Positions 9,503 through 19,383 are shown, counted from the stretch's first letter. The stretch: DNA of 64,000 nt from an uncultured candidatus Porisulfidus sp. (GCA_965116025.1 OZ220480.1:672001-736000); one strand, 5' to 3'. Made by a program: numbers and translations. Notes: generated by a model not told the origin, from the letters alone.

Positions 9503-10834
9503 ATGAGCGCGGGCGACACCATCGTCGCTTTAGCCACCCCGCCCGGGCGCGGCGCGCTCGCCCTGATCCGCGCGAGCGGCCCCCTGGTTCCAGACTTGGC
9601 TCGCCAGCTCGGCGGCGCGCTTCCGCCGCCTCGCGTCGCCCGCCTCCAAACCCTGCGCGACGATCAGGGTCGCGCTCTGGACCAGGGCATGCTGACGTTC
9701 TACCCCGCTCCCGCGTCGGCAACCGGCGAGGATGTACTGGAAATCTGTTGCCACGGCTCGCCGGCGGTGATCGAGGCCCTGCTATCCCGCCTGCGCTCGC
9801 TCGGCGCGCGAGCGGCCGAGCCGGGCGAGTTCAGCCGCCGAGCCTTCGAGGCTGGCAAAATGGATCTGGCCCAAGCCCAAGCGGTCGCCGACCTCATCGC
9901 CGCCGCCACGACGCGCGCGGCCCGATGCGCCGCGAGAACGCTAAAAGGCGACATCTCTCGCGAACTATCTTCTATCATTCGACAATTAGTGGCAATTAGA
10001 GCGTACGTCGAGGGAGCGCTGGATTTTCCGGACGAGGATGTCGACTGGCTGGCGGAATCCGATTTCGGGGATCAATCGCGGAAGCTCGCGGACCAGGTCG
10101 AGCGGCTGATTCGCCGGGCCCAGCAGGGAAGAAGGGTAGGGGCGGGAATCCGTCTGGCGTTGCTCGGACCGCCCAACGTCGGCAAATCCAGCCTGCTGAA
10201 CCACTTCGCGGGAACCGACGCGGCGATCGTGACGGCGCGGCCCGGCACGACCCGGGACGTGCTGACCGCGCCGTTCCAGATCGACGGCGTCCCGCTGATT
10301 CTGGCCGACACCGCGGGAATTCGGCCCACGGTGGACGAGGCCGAGACGGAAGGCGTCCGCCGTAGCTGGCGCGAGGCCGAGGAGGCCGACCTGATCCTGC
10401 AAGTGTTCGACGCGGGCGCCGGCTGGAGCGAGGCGGACGAGGAAATCCGGCGCCGCCTTCCCGAGCGCCCGGCCCTGACGCTGGCGAACAAGCGCGACCT
10501 GCTGCCTGACGGCGCCGCGACGCCCGGACCGGAAGGCGCCATTCTCCTGTCCGCGAAGTTTGGAGACGGAATCGACGCGCTCAAGGAGCGGATCGTCGAG
10601 TCGCTGGAGCTCGAGCGCGCGCTGGAGGAGGATGAGTTCGCGGCGAGCCAGCGGCAGATCGACGCCCTGCTTCAGGCTAGCCAGGCGCTGGGACGGGCCG
10701 CGCGGGTCCCGGGCGGAGAGCTGATGGCGGAGGAGCTGCGGGCCGCGCAGGAGGCCCTCGGCTCCCTGACCGGCGAATTCGCCGCCGACGACCTGCTCGG
10801 GGAGATATTCGGACAGTTCTGCATCGGGAAGTGA
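9503..10834 (+). CDS. mnmE: tRNA modification GTPase MnmE
   Basis: DTIVALATPPGRG, GPPNVGKSS, GTTRD, DTAG, NKRD, C-terminal FCIGK. Confidence 0.98.
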   Translation: MSAGDTIVALATPPGRGALALIRASGPLVPDLARQLGGALPPPRVARLQTLRDDQGRALDQGMLTFYPAPASATGEDVLEICCHGSPAVIEALLSRLRSLGARAAEPGEFSRRAFEAGKMDLAQAQAVADLIAAATTRAARCAARTLKGDISRELSSIIRQLVAIRAYVEGALDFPDEDVDWLAESDFGDQSRKLADQVERLIRRAQQGRRVGAGIRLALLGPPNVGKSSLLNHFAGTDAAIVTARPGTTRDVLTAPFQIDGVPLILADTAGIRPTVDEAETEGVRRSWREAEEADLILQVFDAGAGWSEADEEIRRRLPERPALTLANKRDLLPDGAATPGPEGAILLSAKFGDGIDALKERIVESLELERALEEDEFAASQRQIDALLQASQALGRAARVPGGELMAEELRAAQEALGSLTGEFAADDLLGEIFGQFCIGK

Positions 10835-10919
10835 CGGGATGTCCTGTCATAAACCGGTAACGCCCCACCCCCATACTCGCCCAGCCCCGCGCCCACGGGC
10901 CCAGCGAATATCCCGCGTT

Positions 10920-11591
10920 ATGCGACCGACCCTGTCCCGACGCCTCGCCGCGGAGTTCCTCGGAACCTTCTTCCTGCTCGCCACCGTGGTGGGCTCCGGC
11001 ATCATGGGCGAGACCCTAGCCGAAGGGGCCGCCGCCCTCGCGCTGCTCGGCAACACGCTCGCGACCGGCGCCATCCTCGCCGTGCTGATACTGATCTACG
11101 GCCCGGTCTCGGGCGCGCACTTCAACCCGGCGGTGACGCTGGGGTTTCTGCTGCGGCGGGAGATCGCCCCCGGAGCGTCCCTCGCGTACGTGGCGACGCA
11201 GCTGGCGGGAGCGCTGTGCGGGGTTTTGGTCGCGCACCTCATGTTCGGCGAGCCGGCGTTCGCGGCCTCGCTCACCGCGCGGACGGGAGCCGGGGTCTGG
11301 GTCGGGGAGCTGGTCGCGACGTTCGGGCTGCTGGCAACCATACTGGGCTGCCTGCGCCACCGCCCGTCCGCGGTTCCGTACGCGGTCGGGCTGTTCATCT
11401 CGGCCGGCTACTGGTTCACCTCATCGACCTCGTTCGCGAATCCGGCCGTGACGGTCGCCCGCGCCCTGACCGACACGTTCTCCGGGATCCGCCCCGAGGA
11501 CGCGCCGATGTTCATTCTCATGCAGTTTCTGGGAGCGACCCTCGCGACCGTGGCGATGGGCTGGCTGCTTCGCGACCCCGCCAAGAGGTAG
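10920..11591 (+). CDS. MIP/aquaporin family channel (AqpS-like)
   Basis: AEFLGT, VVGSGIM, SGAHFNPAVT, YWFTSSTSFANPAVT. Confidence 0.9.
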   Translation: MRPTLSRRLAAEFLGTFFLLATVVGSGIMGETLAEGAAALALLGNTLATGAILAVLILIYGPVSGAHFNPAVTLGFLLRREIAPGASLAYVATQLAGALCGVLVAHLMFGEPAFAASLTARTGAGVWVGELVATFGLLATILGCLRHRPSAVPYAVGLFISAGYWFTSSTSFANPAVTVARALTDTFSGIRPEDAPMFILMQFLGATLATVAMGWLLRDPAKR

Positions 11592-11978
11592 CGCGCGCAG
11601 TCCCCGGGAGCGCGACAGCTTGTCCGCCTTGCTCAGCAGAACATGCGCCGGCAGGCCGGCGGCGCCGCACCACTCCAGCAACCGCCGATCGCCGTCCCGC
11701 AAGGGGTGGCGGACATCCATCACCAGCATCAGGCGGACCAGGCCGCGCCGACCCCGGAGATAGCCCTCCACCATGCGGCGCCAGCTGGCGCGCTCGGCCT
11801 TGGAGGCGCGCGCGAAGCCGTAGCCCGGCAGGTCCACCAGGCGGCGCGCGTCGTCCACGGCGAAAAAGTGCAGCAGGCGCGTCCGGCCCGGCGAACGCGA
11901 CCTCCACCCCCCGGTCCGGCGGGCAGTCCTCCACCCGGGGTGGTCAGAGAGATACACGGTCTGGCGCAAGTCCAACAT
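11592..11978 (-). pseudogene. engB: engB/yihA GTPase pseudogene (frameshift, P-loop deleted, 3'-truncated)
   Basis: Fragments CPPDRGVEVAFAG (one frame) and PGRTRLLHFF..LVDLPGYGFA..LSKADKL (other frame); G1 GRSNAGKS absent; C-terminus missing. Confidence 0.8.
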
Positions 11979-12144
11979 CGATCCAGAGTCCCGCCTGGCG
12001 CCGGCCTTCCAAAAGCGGGCGGACGGCGAGGGTTTCGCGTCGGGAGGGGATTGTACCGCCTGGATGATCGCGCGATCAGAGAAAAACTCTCGCTACCCTA
12101 GAGAAATCGGAATGGTATCATTGCCGAAGGGCGAGAGAAGGCCG

Positions 12145-12621
12145 ATGATCCACCTCAAAACCGGCGACCTTCTCGCCGAGGACGCCGAAGCCTTGGTCAA
12201 CGCGGTCAACTGCGCTGGCGTGATGGGGCGCGGGATCGCGCTTCAGTTCAAGAAAGCGTTTCCTGGCAACTTCCGCGCGTACGTCGAGGCTTGCGCGCGC
12301 GGCGAGGCCCGGCCCGGACGCATGCTCGTCTTCGAGACGCATTCGCTCGCCAACCCCCGCTTCATCATCAACTTCCCGACCAAGCGACACTGGCGCGACC
12401 GTAGCCGAATCCAAGATATCGATGCCGGCCTGATCGACCTCGCCAAAGTGATTCGCGAGCGCCAAATCCGCTCGATCGCGATCCCTCCGCTCGGCTGTGG
12501 ACTCGGCGGACTGGAGTGGAGCGACGCGCGACCGCGAATCGAGCGTGCGCTGCGCGGCCTGAGTTTTCTGGACTCGACCTTGTTCGAGCCCCAAGGCGAG
12601 CCATGCGCCGGGAAGGGGTGA
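12145..12621 (+). CDS. Macro domain protein (DarG N-terminal-like)
   Basis: GDLL, LVNAVNCAGVMGRGIALQFK, IINFPTKRHW, SIAIPPLGCGLGGL. Confidence 0.9.
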   Translation: MIHLKTGDLLAEDAEALVNAVNCAGVMGRGIALQFKKAFPGNFRAYVEACARGEARPGRMLVFETHSLANPRFIINFPTKRHWRDRSRIQDIDAGLIDLAKVIRERQIRSIAIPPLGCGLGGLEWSDARPRIERALRGLSFLDSTLFEPQGEPCAGKG

Positions 12622-13059
12622 GAGATGGCAGACTGGGCGGCGCGAGACGCGGTGGAGCGTCACCTCCGCGAGATTGGAGGAGTCTGAGCCTTCACGGAAA
12701 CTCGGGTTCCGGTACGCGCGCGCTTCCAGCAATCTCGAGAACGGCGTCCGCGGGGAGGGGTTCCTGGAGTGGATCCCGGGGTCAAGCCGTGGCGAGCGTC
12801 CGCCGCGCTCGAGCGCGAAGCGAGTCCCTCCAGGTGCCCGCTCGATCATGAAAACCCTTACGGTCTCGGGCTCCGTCGCCCTTTCACGGGCAAACCCCTG
12901 GAGTCGCGAACGCGAGTTGATCGACAACGAGGGATTCATCCGAAGAGCCGAAGGTGATGGGCGACGTTCCGCGGCAATCGATCCGTTTTTCGAAACCGCG
13001 ACCCGCGGGCGGTTTGCTACAATGGTGCTCCTGTACGGAACGCTCTTCCCGCGCGCTCA

Positions 13060-13689
13060 ATGATTCGACTCTGGCTCTGGGCCACGCTCGCGCCCGGCAT
13101 CGTCTTCCTGACGTCCCCGGCCTTCGCGGCGGGAGACCCGGTCGCGGGACAGGCGCGCGCGGCGACGTGCGCGGCATGCCATGGAATCGACGGCAACAGC
13201 GTCAACCCGGAGTGGCCGAGTCTGGCGGGTCAAGGCGCCGCGTACATGGTGTCCCAGCTCAAGCGCTTCCAGTCCGGCGAGCGCGAGAACGTCCTGATGT
13301 CGCCGCAGGCCATGCTTCTGTCGGAGCGAGACATCCTGGACGTATCGGCCTATTACGCGACGCGAGCGCCCAAAGTCGGCGTGGCCCGCGCCGATCAGAA
13401 AACCCTTAATTTAGGCAAGCTGATCTACCGCGGCGGAATTCTCGAGCGCGGCATCCCCTCCTGCGGCTCTTGCCATGGCCCCGCCGGGGCGGGCAACGAG
13501 CCCGCCGAGTTTCCGCGGGTGGCTGGCCAGCAGGCGGCCTACGTCGCGCTGCAGCTAAAGTCGTTCCGCGAGGGCTTCGAGGCGCACAAGGCGCACACTC
13601 GGCAGAACCCCATGATGAACGAGGTCGCGGCCAAGATGACCGACAGAGAGATTGAGGCCGTCGCGCACTACATTTCCGGTCTGTACTGA
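13060..13689 (+). CDS. Diheme cytochrome c4
   Basis: Signal peptide, CAACH and CGSCH heme motifs, P.LAGQ repeats; upstream of dsbA. Confidence 0.95.
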   Translation: MIRLWLWATLAPGIVFLTSPAFAAGDPVAGQARAATCAACHGIDGNSVNPEWPSLAGQGAAYMVSQLKRFQSGERENVLMSPQAMLLSERDILDVSAYYATRAPKVGVARADQKTLNLGKLIYRGGILERGIPSCGSCHGPAGAGNEPAEFPRVAGQQAAYVALQLKSFREGFEAHKAHTRQNPMMNEVAAKMTDREIEAVAHYISGLY

Positions 13690-14321
13690 TGGCGTTCTCG
13701 CGTCTCGTCGCGTTCGGCCTGACGGCGCTCCTGGCATCCGGGGCCGCGGCCGAAGCTTCCGATACCCGCCAATACGAGGAGGGCCGGCACTACGCCGTGA
13801 TGCGGGGCGTCCCGCCCGCGGCGGCGCCAGAAGGGAAAACCGAGCTGATCGAGTTCTTCTGGTACGGTTGCCCGCACTGCCACAAGCTGGAGCCGTTGCT
13901 TCGCGAGTGGCTTGAGGAGCGGACCGAGACCGTCCACCTGCGGCTGGTCCCGGCCGTGTTCAGCGCGCGCTGGGTGGTCGGCGCCCGCGTCTACTACGCC
14001 TTGGAGGCGATGGGACGGCTGGACCTGCACCCGCGCGTGTTCGAGTTCGTGCACGAGCAGGGCCGCCCGCTCAAGACCGGCGAGGGAATCGGGCGCATGC
14101 TAGCGGTCTTCGACATTGATCCAGCGGTCTTCGCGGAGACGTTTCGCTCGCAGGCCGTGACCGACCGGCTGGAAGAGGCCCGCGCGTTGCCGAAGGAGTA
14201 CGGAATCGACGGCGTTCCGGCCTTGGCGGTGGACGGGCGCTATCGGGTCACGACCAAGAACGCGACCAATTACCAGATGCTTCTGGACATCGCGGATTTC
14301 CTGATTCGCGAGAAGCCCTGA
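13689..14321 (+). CDS. dsbA: Thiol:disulfide interchange protein DsbA
   Basis: EFFWYGCPHC and cis-Pro GVP motif; signal peptide. Confidence 0.93.
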   Translation: MAFSRLVAFGLTALLASGAAAEASDTRQYEEGRHYAVMRGVPPAAAPEGKTELIEFFWYGCPHCHKLEPLLREWLEERTETVHLRLVPAVFSARWVVGARVYYALEAMGRLDLHPRVFEFVHEQGRPLKTGEGIGRMLAVFDIDPAVFAETFRSQAVTDRLEEARALPKEYGIDGVPALAVDGRYRVTTKNATNYQMLLDIADFLIREKP

Positions 14322-14397
14322 TCCCGCGGCGCGCGGTCGCCGATAGCGCGAGACGCGGCGTTTTCGTCCGCACGGCTCGGGGAATTCGGGGATTCGT

Positions 14398-14484
14398 AAA
14401 GAAAAAGGTGGCTCCGGCGCAAACAGAGGGGGTTGCTGCCGGAGCCGAACCGCGCCCGGCAGGGGATCCCGGTCGCGGATATGA
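14398..14484 (-). ncRNA. Putative polA-downstream small RNA (sX13/ErsA-like position and fold)
   Basis: Two GC-rich hairpins with CCCC and CCCCC loops on the minus strand (14450-14478, 14410-14446), U-rich tail, sigmaE-like promoter upstream. Confidence 0.6.
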
Positions 14485-14488
14485 CTGA

Positions 14489-14516
14489 TGGGACTTCTCG
14501 AACGCCGAAAAGTTCC
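14489..14516 (-). promoter_or_regulatory. RpoE/AlgU-type promoter
   Basis: Minus-strand GGAACTT (14510-14516), 16 bp spacer, TCCCA (14489-14493). Confidence 0.55.
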
Positions 14517-14621
14517 CTCCTCGCCCGCCTATTCTAACGCATTTCAATTTCGGGAGGGCGGCGGCCTCGCGGGCCTCCCGCCCCGCGCGGCATCCCGACC
14601 CCATCGCCTCTCCCGGAGCGG

Positions 14622-17339
14622 TCAGTGCGCCCGCTCCCAGTTCTCCCCCTGGCGGGCATCGACCACCAGCGGCACGTCCAATCCCTCCACGCCCTCCATC
14701 CGGTCCCGGACGCCGGCGATGATCTCCTCCGCCTTCTCCCGCGGAGCCTCCAGCACCAGCTCGTCGTGCACCTGCATGATGAGCGCGCAGTCCGGGTGCA
14801 GGTCTCTCAGCCAGCGGTGGATCTCGATCATGGCGAGCTTGATGATGTCGGCGGCGGTCCCCTGCATGGGCGCGTTGATGGCGGCCCGCTCCGCGGCCTG
14901 GCGCTGGTTGTAGTTTCTCGAGCGGATCCCCTCGGCGTACAGCCGCCGTCCGAACACCGTCTCCACGAAGCCCCGCTCGCGGGCCTGCGCGCGCATCCGG
15001 TCCATGTAGTCGCGGACCTTCGGGTAGCGGGAGAAGTAGGCCTCCACGTACGTCTCCGCCTGGTCCCTGCCGATCCGCAGTTGCCGGGCGAGGCCGAACC
15101 CGCTCATGCCGTACATCAGACCGAAGTTGATGGCCTTCGCGGTGCGCCGTTGCTCCTTCGTGACCTCGTCGGCGGCGACCCCGAAGACCTCCCCCGCGGT
15201 CGCCCGATGCACGTCGGCCCCCTCCTCGAACGCCCGGCGCAGCGCGGGGTCTCCGGAAATGTGCGCCATGATCCGAAGCTCGATCTGCGAGTAGTCGGCC
15301 GCGACCAGCGCGCAGCCCGGCCGCGGCACGAAGGCCTGGCGGACGCGCCGGCCCTGCTCGGTGCGGATCGGGATGTTCTGCAGGTTGGGATCCGACGAGG
15401 ACAGCCGCCCCGTGGCCGTCACCGCCTGATGGAACGAGGCATGCAGGCGTCCGGTCTCCGGGTCGAGCATCTCCGGCAGCTTGCCGACGTAGGTGGAGAG
15501 CAGCTTGGTCGTCTGCCGATAGCTCAGGATCATGCGCGGCAACACGTCCCGCTCGGCCAGCTCCTCCAGGACGTCCTCGGCGGTGGACGGCGCGCCCTTG
15601 GGGGTCTTGCGCGTGGGCTCCAGCCCACGCTCCTCGAACAGCGCCCTTTGCAGGTCCGGGAGGGAGTTCAGGTTGAGCTCCCGCCCGCATTCGCGGGCGA
15701 TCTCGCGCCTCAGCCGCTCCAGCTCCTCGCGCAGCTCCTCCGATTGCCTTCGCAAGGCGTCCGCGTCGATCGCCACCCCGACGCGCTCCATGTCGGCCAG
15801 CACCTCCGACAAGGGCATCTCCATCTCCTCGTAGAGCTTTCGGAGCGCCGGAGCCTCCCGCAGCCTGGGCCACAGACAGCGGTGCAGGCGCAGGGTCATG
15901 TCCGCGTCCTCGGCGGCGTAGGGGCCCGCCCGCTCGATCGGCACCTGATCGAAGCGGAGCTGCTTCTTGCCGGTCCCGGCGACGTCCTTGTAGCGAATGG
16001 TCTCCTCGTCCAGATAGACCCGGGACAGGTCGTCCAAGTTGTGCCGACTGGCCGTGGGGTGAAGCGCGTACGATTCCAGCATGCTGTCGTGGAACGGCCC
16101 GGCGACCTCGATTCCGTGGCGGCGCAGGATCGTCAGATCGTATTGAAGGTGGTGCCCGATCTTGACCAGGCTCGGGTCCGCGAGCACGGGCCGCAGCCGC
16201 TCTCGCGCCTGTTCCCAAGGGAGCTGCCGCGGGTCGCCGGCGACGCCGACGTGGGCGACCGGGACGTACGCCGCGCGTCCCGGAGCCGTGGCGAGGGAAA
16301 TCCCGACCAGCCCGGCGCGGTTGGGGTCCAGGCCGGTGGTCTCGGTGTCCAGCGCGAAGGCCCCGGCCCGCCGCGCGCGCGCCAGCCATCGGTCCAGCTC
16401 CTCCAGACTCAGCGCCGTGGCGTAGTCCCGCCCGCCCGCCGCCCGGGACGACGGACCCGGGGCGGCGTCGGGCGCGCCGTTCGCTCGCAACTCGCGCAAG
16501 AACACGCGAAGATTGTATTCCTCGTACAGCGTCTCGAGGCGCGCGCGGTCCAGCTCGCCGCGCCGCAGCTCGCGCGGCGACCGATCCAGCGCGACGTCCA
16601 GCCGGATGGTGACCAGCTCCCGGTACAGCGGAAGGCGGTCCAGGCTCGCGCGCAGGTTCTCTCCCGCCTTGCCCTTGATCTCGCCGCGCCTCTCGGCGAG
16701 CCTCTCCAGCGAGCCGTACTGGCCCAGCCAGCGCGCGGCGGTCTTGTATCCGACCTTCGGCACGCCCGGGATGTTGTCCGACGAGTCTCCGGCCAAGGCC
16801 AGGAAGTCGATAATCTGGTCCGGGCGCACCCCGAACTTCCGCGTCACCTCCGCGGCGCCCATGGCCGGGCGATCGATATCCAGCAGGGTCACGCGCTCCG
16901 TCACCAGCTGCGCCATGTCCTTGTCGCCAGACAGGATGATCACCTCCAGCCCCTCGGCCTCGCCCTGGCGGGCCAGCGTGCCGATGACGTCGTCGGCCTC
17001 GACCTCCGGCACGGCCAGCAGCGGCAGGCCCAAAGCCTCGATGATCTGGCGCAAGGGCTCGACCTGCGCCCGGAGCGCCGGATCCATCGGCTTTCGGTTC
17101 GCCTTGTACTCCGGGAACATGTCATGGCGGAAGGTCTTCCCCGGCGCGTCCATGACGACCGCCACGTACTCCGGGTCGGTCAGTCGCAATTGCTTCCTCA
17201 GGGTGTTCACGACCCCGAACATCGCGCCGGTCGGGCGCCCCTGATGGTCCGTCAGGCTGGTATGCACATGATGGGCGCGGTGCAGGTAGGCGGAGCCGTC
17301 GACCAGCAGGAGGGTGGGTCGGGAGGGGGAATCGGGCAT
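14622..17339 (-). CDS. polA: DNA polymerase I
   Basis: LLLVDGS, EADDVIG, DTETTG, TATGRLSSSDPNLQNIP, ADYSQIELR, KAINFGLMYG, QVHDEL. Confidence 0.98.
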   Translation of the reverse strand: MPDSPSRPTLLLVDGSAYLHRAHHVHTSLTDHQGRPTGAMFGVVNTLRKQLRLTDPEYVAVVMDAPGKTFRHDMFPEYKANRKPMDPALRAQVEPLRQIIEALGLPLLAVPEVEADDVIGTLARQGEAEGLEVIILSGDKDMAQLVTERVTLLDIDRPAMGAAEVTRKFGVRPDQIIDFLALAGDSSDNIPGVPKVGYKTAARWLGQYGSLERLAERRGEIKGKAGENLRASLDRLPLYRELVTIRLDVALDRSPRELRRGELDRARLETLYEEYNLRVFLRELRANGAPDAAPGPSSRAAGGRDYATALSLEELDRWLARARRAGAFALDTETTGLDPNRAGLVGISLATAPGRAAYVPVAHVGVAGDPRQLPWEQARERLRPVLADPSLVKIGHHLQYDLTILRRHGIEVAGPFHDSMLESYALHPTASRHNLDDLSRVYLDEETIRYKDVAGTGKKQLRFDQVPIERAGPYAAEDADMTLRLHRCLWPRLREAPALRKLYEEMEMPLSEVLADMERVGVAIDADALRRQSEELREELERLRREIARECGRELNLNSLPDLQRALFEERGLEPTRKTPKGAPSTAEDVLEELAERDVLPRMILSYRQTTKLLSTYVGKLPEMLDPETGRLHASFHQAVTATGRLSSSDPNLQNIPIRTEQGRRVRQAFVPRPGCALVAADYSQIELRIMAHISGDPALRRAFEEGADVHRATAGEVFGVAADEVTKEQRRTAKAINFGLMYGMSGFGLARQLRIGRDQAETYVEAYFSRYPKVRDYMDRMRAQARERGFVETVFGRRLYAEGIRSRNYNQRQAAERAAINAPMQGTAADIIKLAMIEIHRWLRDLHPDCALIMQVHDELVLEAPREKAEEIIAGVRDRMEGVEGLDVPLVVDARQGENWERAH

Positions 17340-17467
17340 GTCGCGGGGGGCTGGAAGGGGTATTATAGGGAGAGCCTTCGCGCGCCGGGTCCGGCCCGGG
17401 CGTTCCACGCGCGCCGCCCCGCCGAAGACTGGATTCCGACCGCCGCGCTCTCGCTGACGCCCGCCCC

Positions 17468-17884
17468 ATGGCCGCCGCCCCCTCCTTGCGCGATATCGAG
17501 ATTCTGGCCCATCGGGCGTTCGCCGAGATCCCGGACGAGCTGGCGCGCCACGCCGCCGCCGTCGCCATCCACGCGCGCGACCTCCCCGACGAGGAGACTT
17601 GCCGAGAGATGAACCTCGACAGCCCGCTCGACCTGCTCGGTCTGTACCACGGCGTGAGTCTGGACCAAAAGTCGGTGGAGGATCTGCCGCTGGACCTGGA
17701 CCACGTCTACTTGTACCGGTGCCCGATTCTGGAGTACTGGAAGGAGGAGGGCGGCGATCTGGCGGACATCGTCCGCGAGATCCTGCTGCATGAGATTGGC
17801 CACCATTTCGGCTTCTCGGACGCGGACATGGACCGCATCTGCGCGCGGGCCCGCCAGGAAGCGAGAGGCGAGACGGGGGGCTGA
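17468..17884 (+). CDS. Zincin-like metallopeptidase (DUF1025-like)
   Basis: LLGLYHG, LYRCPIL, HEIGHHFG zinc motif. Confidence 0.85.
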   Translation: MAAAPSLRDIEILAHRAFAEIPDELARHAAAVAIHARDLPDEETCREMNLDSPLDLLGLYHGVSLDQKSVEDLPLDLDHVYLYRCPILEYWKEEGGDLADIVREILLHEIGHHFGFSDADMDRICARARQEARGETGG

Positions 17885-17955
17885 CCCGCCCGGGCCGGTC
17901 GCGCCCGCGCGCCGCGAGCTCCCTCGCTCTCGCGGCATGGATCGCCGCGGCCTCC

Positions 17956-19383
17956 TCACGGCCCTCCCGCGAGCGTCCTCCCCACGGCGTGGCTCATCTC
18001 CAGCCAGGGCTGCGGGGCCGCGAAGATCCCCACCAGCGCCAGCGCGCTCAGGCTGACGAGCGAGACGCAGGCGGGGTCCTTCCCAGGCCGGGCGGGCCGG
18101 TCCGCCTTCTCGAAATACATGTACCACACGATCCGCAAGTAGTAGTAGGCGCCCACCACCGTCAGCAGGGCGGCCACGACCGCCAGCGGCCACAGCCCCG
18201 CGTCCACCACCGCCCGCAGCGCGAACAGCTTGGCGTGAAACCCCGCGGTCAGCGGCACGCCCGCCAGGGAGAACGTCAGGATCAGCGTCATCAGGGCCAG
18301 CCAGGGGTGGCTGTCGCCCAGGCCCTTGAAATCCCGGATGTCCTCGGCCTCGGCCCGGGCGTTGAGCAGCAGGACGACCCCGAAGATCCCGGCCGCCATC
18401 AGCGCGTAGATCAGCGTGTAGAAGACCGACGCGGCGAGCCCCTGGGGGGTTCCCGCGGCCAGCGCCAGGAACACGAATCCGGTATGGGCGATCGCCGAGT
18501 AGCCCAGCATCCTGCGGATCCGGGTCTGCGCGATCGCGACGATGTTGCCGAGCGCCAGCGACAGGACCGCCAGCGCCATCATCAGGACGGACCAGTCCTC
18601 GGCCAGGGCCATCATGCCGTCGCCGAACAGGCGCAGCAGCAGCAGCAGTCCGGCGATCTTCGGGGCGGCGGACAGATACGCCACGGCCGGCGCGGGCGCC
18701 CGGTCGTAGACGTCCGGCAACCACATGTGGAACGGCGTGGCGCCCAGCTTGAACGCCAGACCCGCCAGCATGAGGATGGCGCCGAGCAGCTCCAGCCGTC
18801 CAGCCTCCCGCGCCTCCAGCCGCGCCGCGAGCTCCCCGATTTCCAGGGTTCCGGTGGCCGCGTACATCAGCGACATCCCATACAGGAGGAACCCGGAGGC
18901 CAGCGCCCCGAGCACGAAATACTTGAGCGCCACCTCGCCGGCGCGGCCATCGTCGCGCACCATGGCGACCATCGGGTACAGCGACAGCGCGAGGATCTCC
19001 AGCCCCAGGTACAGCGTGATCATGTGCTCCGCGCCGCTGATCAGGAACATGCCGGCGCACCCGAACGTCGCGAGCGCGTAGAACTCGCTGGAGAGGAGGC
19101 GATCGGGGGCGACCGGGTGGCCGCGGGCGCACCGCAGGACCAGCAGGGTCAGCGCGCAGATCAGGACGCGCGGAAAATCGAGCGCCGGGGCGCGCTCGAA
19201 CATGCCGCTCATCACGACGACCGGGACGGCCGGCTGGGTCGCTAGGACGATCGCCGCCGCCGTCGCCAGCGTCGCCGCCGTCAGCGGCCAGGCCCAGGAG
19301 CGCGGGGCGAGCAGGATCAGGCACGCGCCGGTGACCAGCGCGATCTCCGGCAGCATCAGAAGGAGTTCCTGGGCGACGCTCAC
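17956..19383 (-). CDS. nuoN: NADH-quinone oxidoreductase subunit N
   Basis: LYLGLEILAL, ALKYFVLGALAS, FKLGATPFHMWLPDVY; GTG start. Confidence 0.95.
   Translation of the reverse strand: MSVAQELLLMLPEIALVTGACLILLAPRSWAWPLTAATLATAAAIVLATQPAVPVVVMSGMFERAPALDFPRVLICALTLLVLRCARGHPVAPDRLLSSEFYALATFGCAGMFLISGAEHMITLYLGLEILALSLYPMVAMVRDDGRAGEVALKYFVLGALASGFLLYGMSLMYAATGTLEIGELAARLEAREAGRLELLGAILMLAGLAFKLGATPFHMWLPDVYDRAPAPAVAYLSAAPKIAGLLLLLRLFGDGMMALAEDWSVLMMALAVLSLALGNIVAIAQTRIRRMLGYSAIAHTGFVFLALAAGTPQGLAASVFYTLIYALMAAGIFGVVLLLNARAEAEDIRDFKGLGDSHPWLALMTLILTFSLAGVPLTAGFHAKLFALRAVVDAGLWPLAVVAALLTVVGAYYYLRIVWYMYFEKADRPARPGKDPACVSLVSLSALALVGIFAAPQPWLEMSHAVGRTLAGGP

Noticed and set aside
12625-12800. Tiny ORF MADWAARDAVERHLREIGGV (faintly HepT/DUF86-like) and ggatcccggggtcaagccg (REP-like half palindrome)
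   Set aside because: Too short and single-copy in the window; the similarity could be chance.
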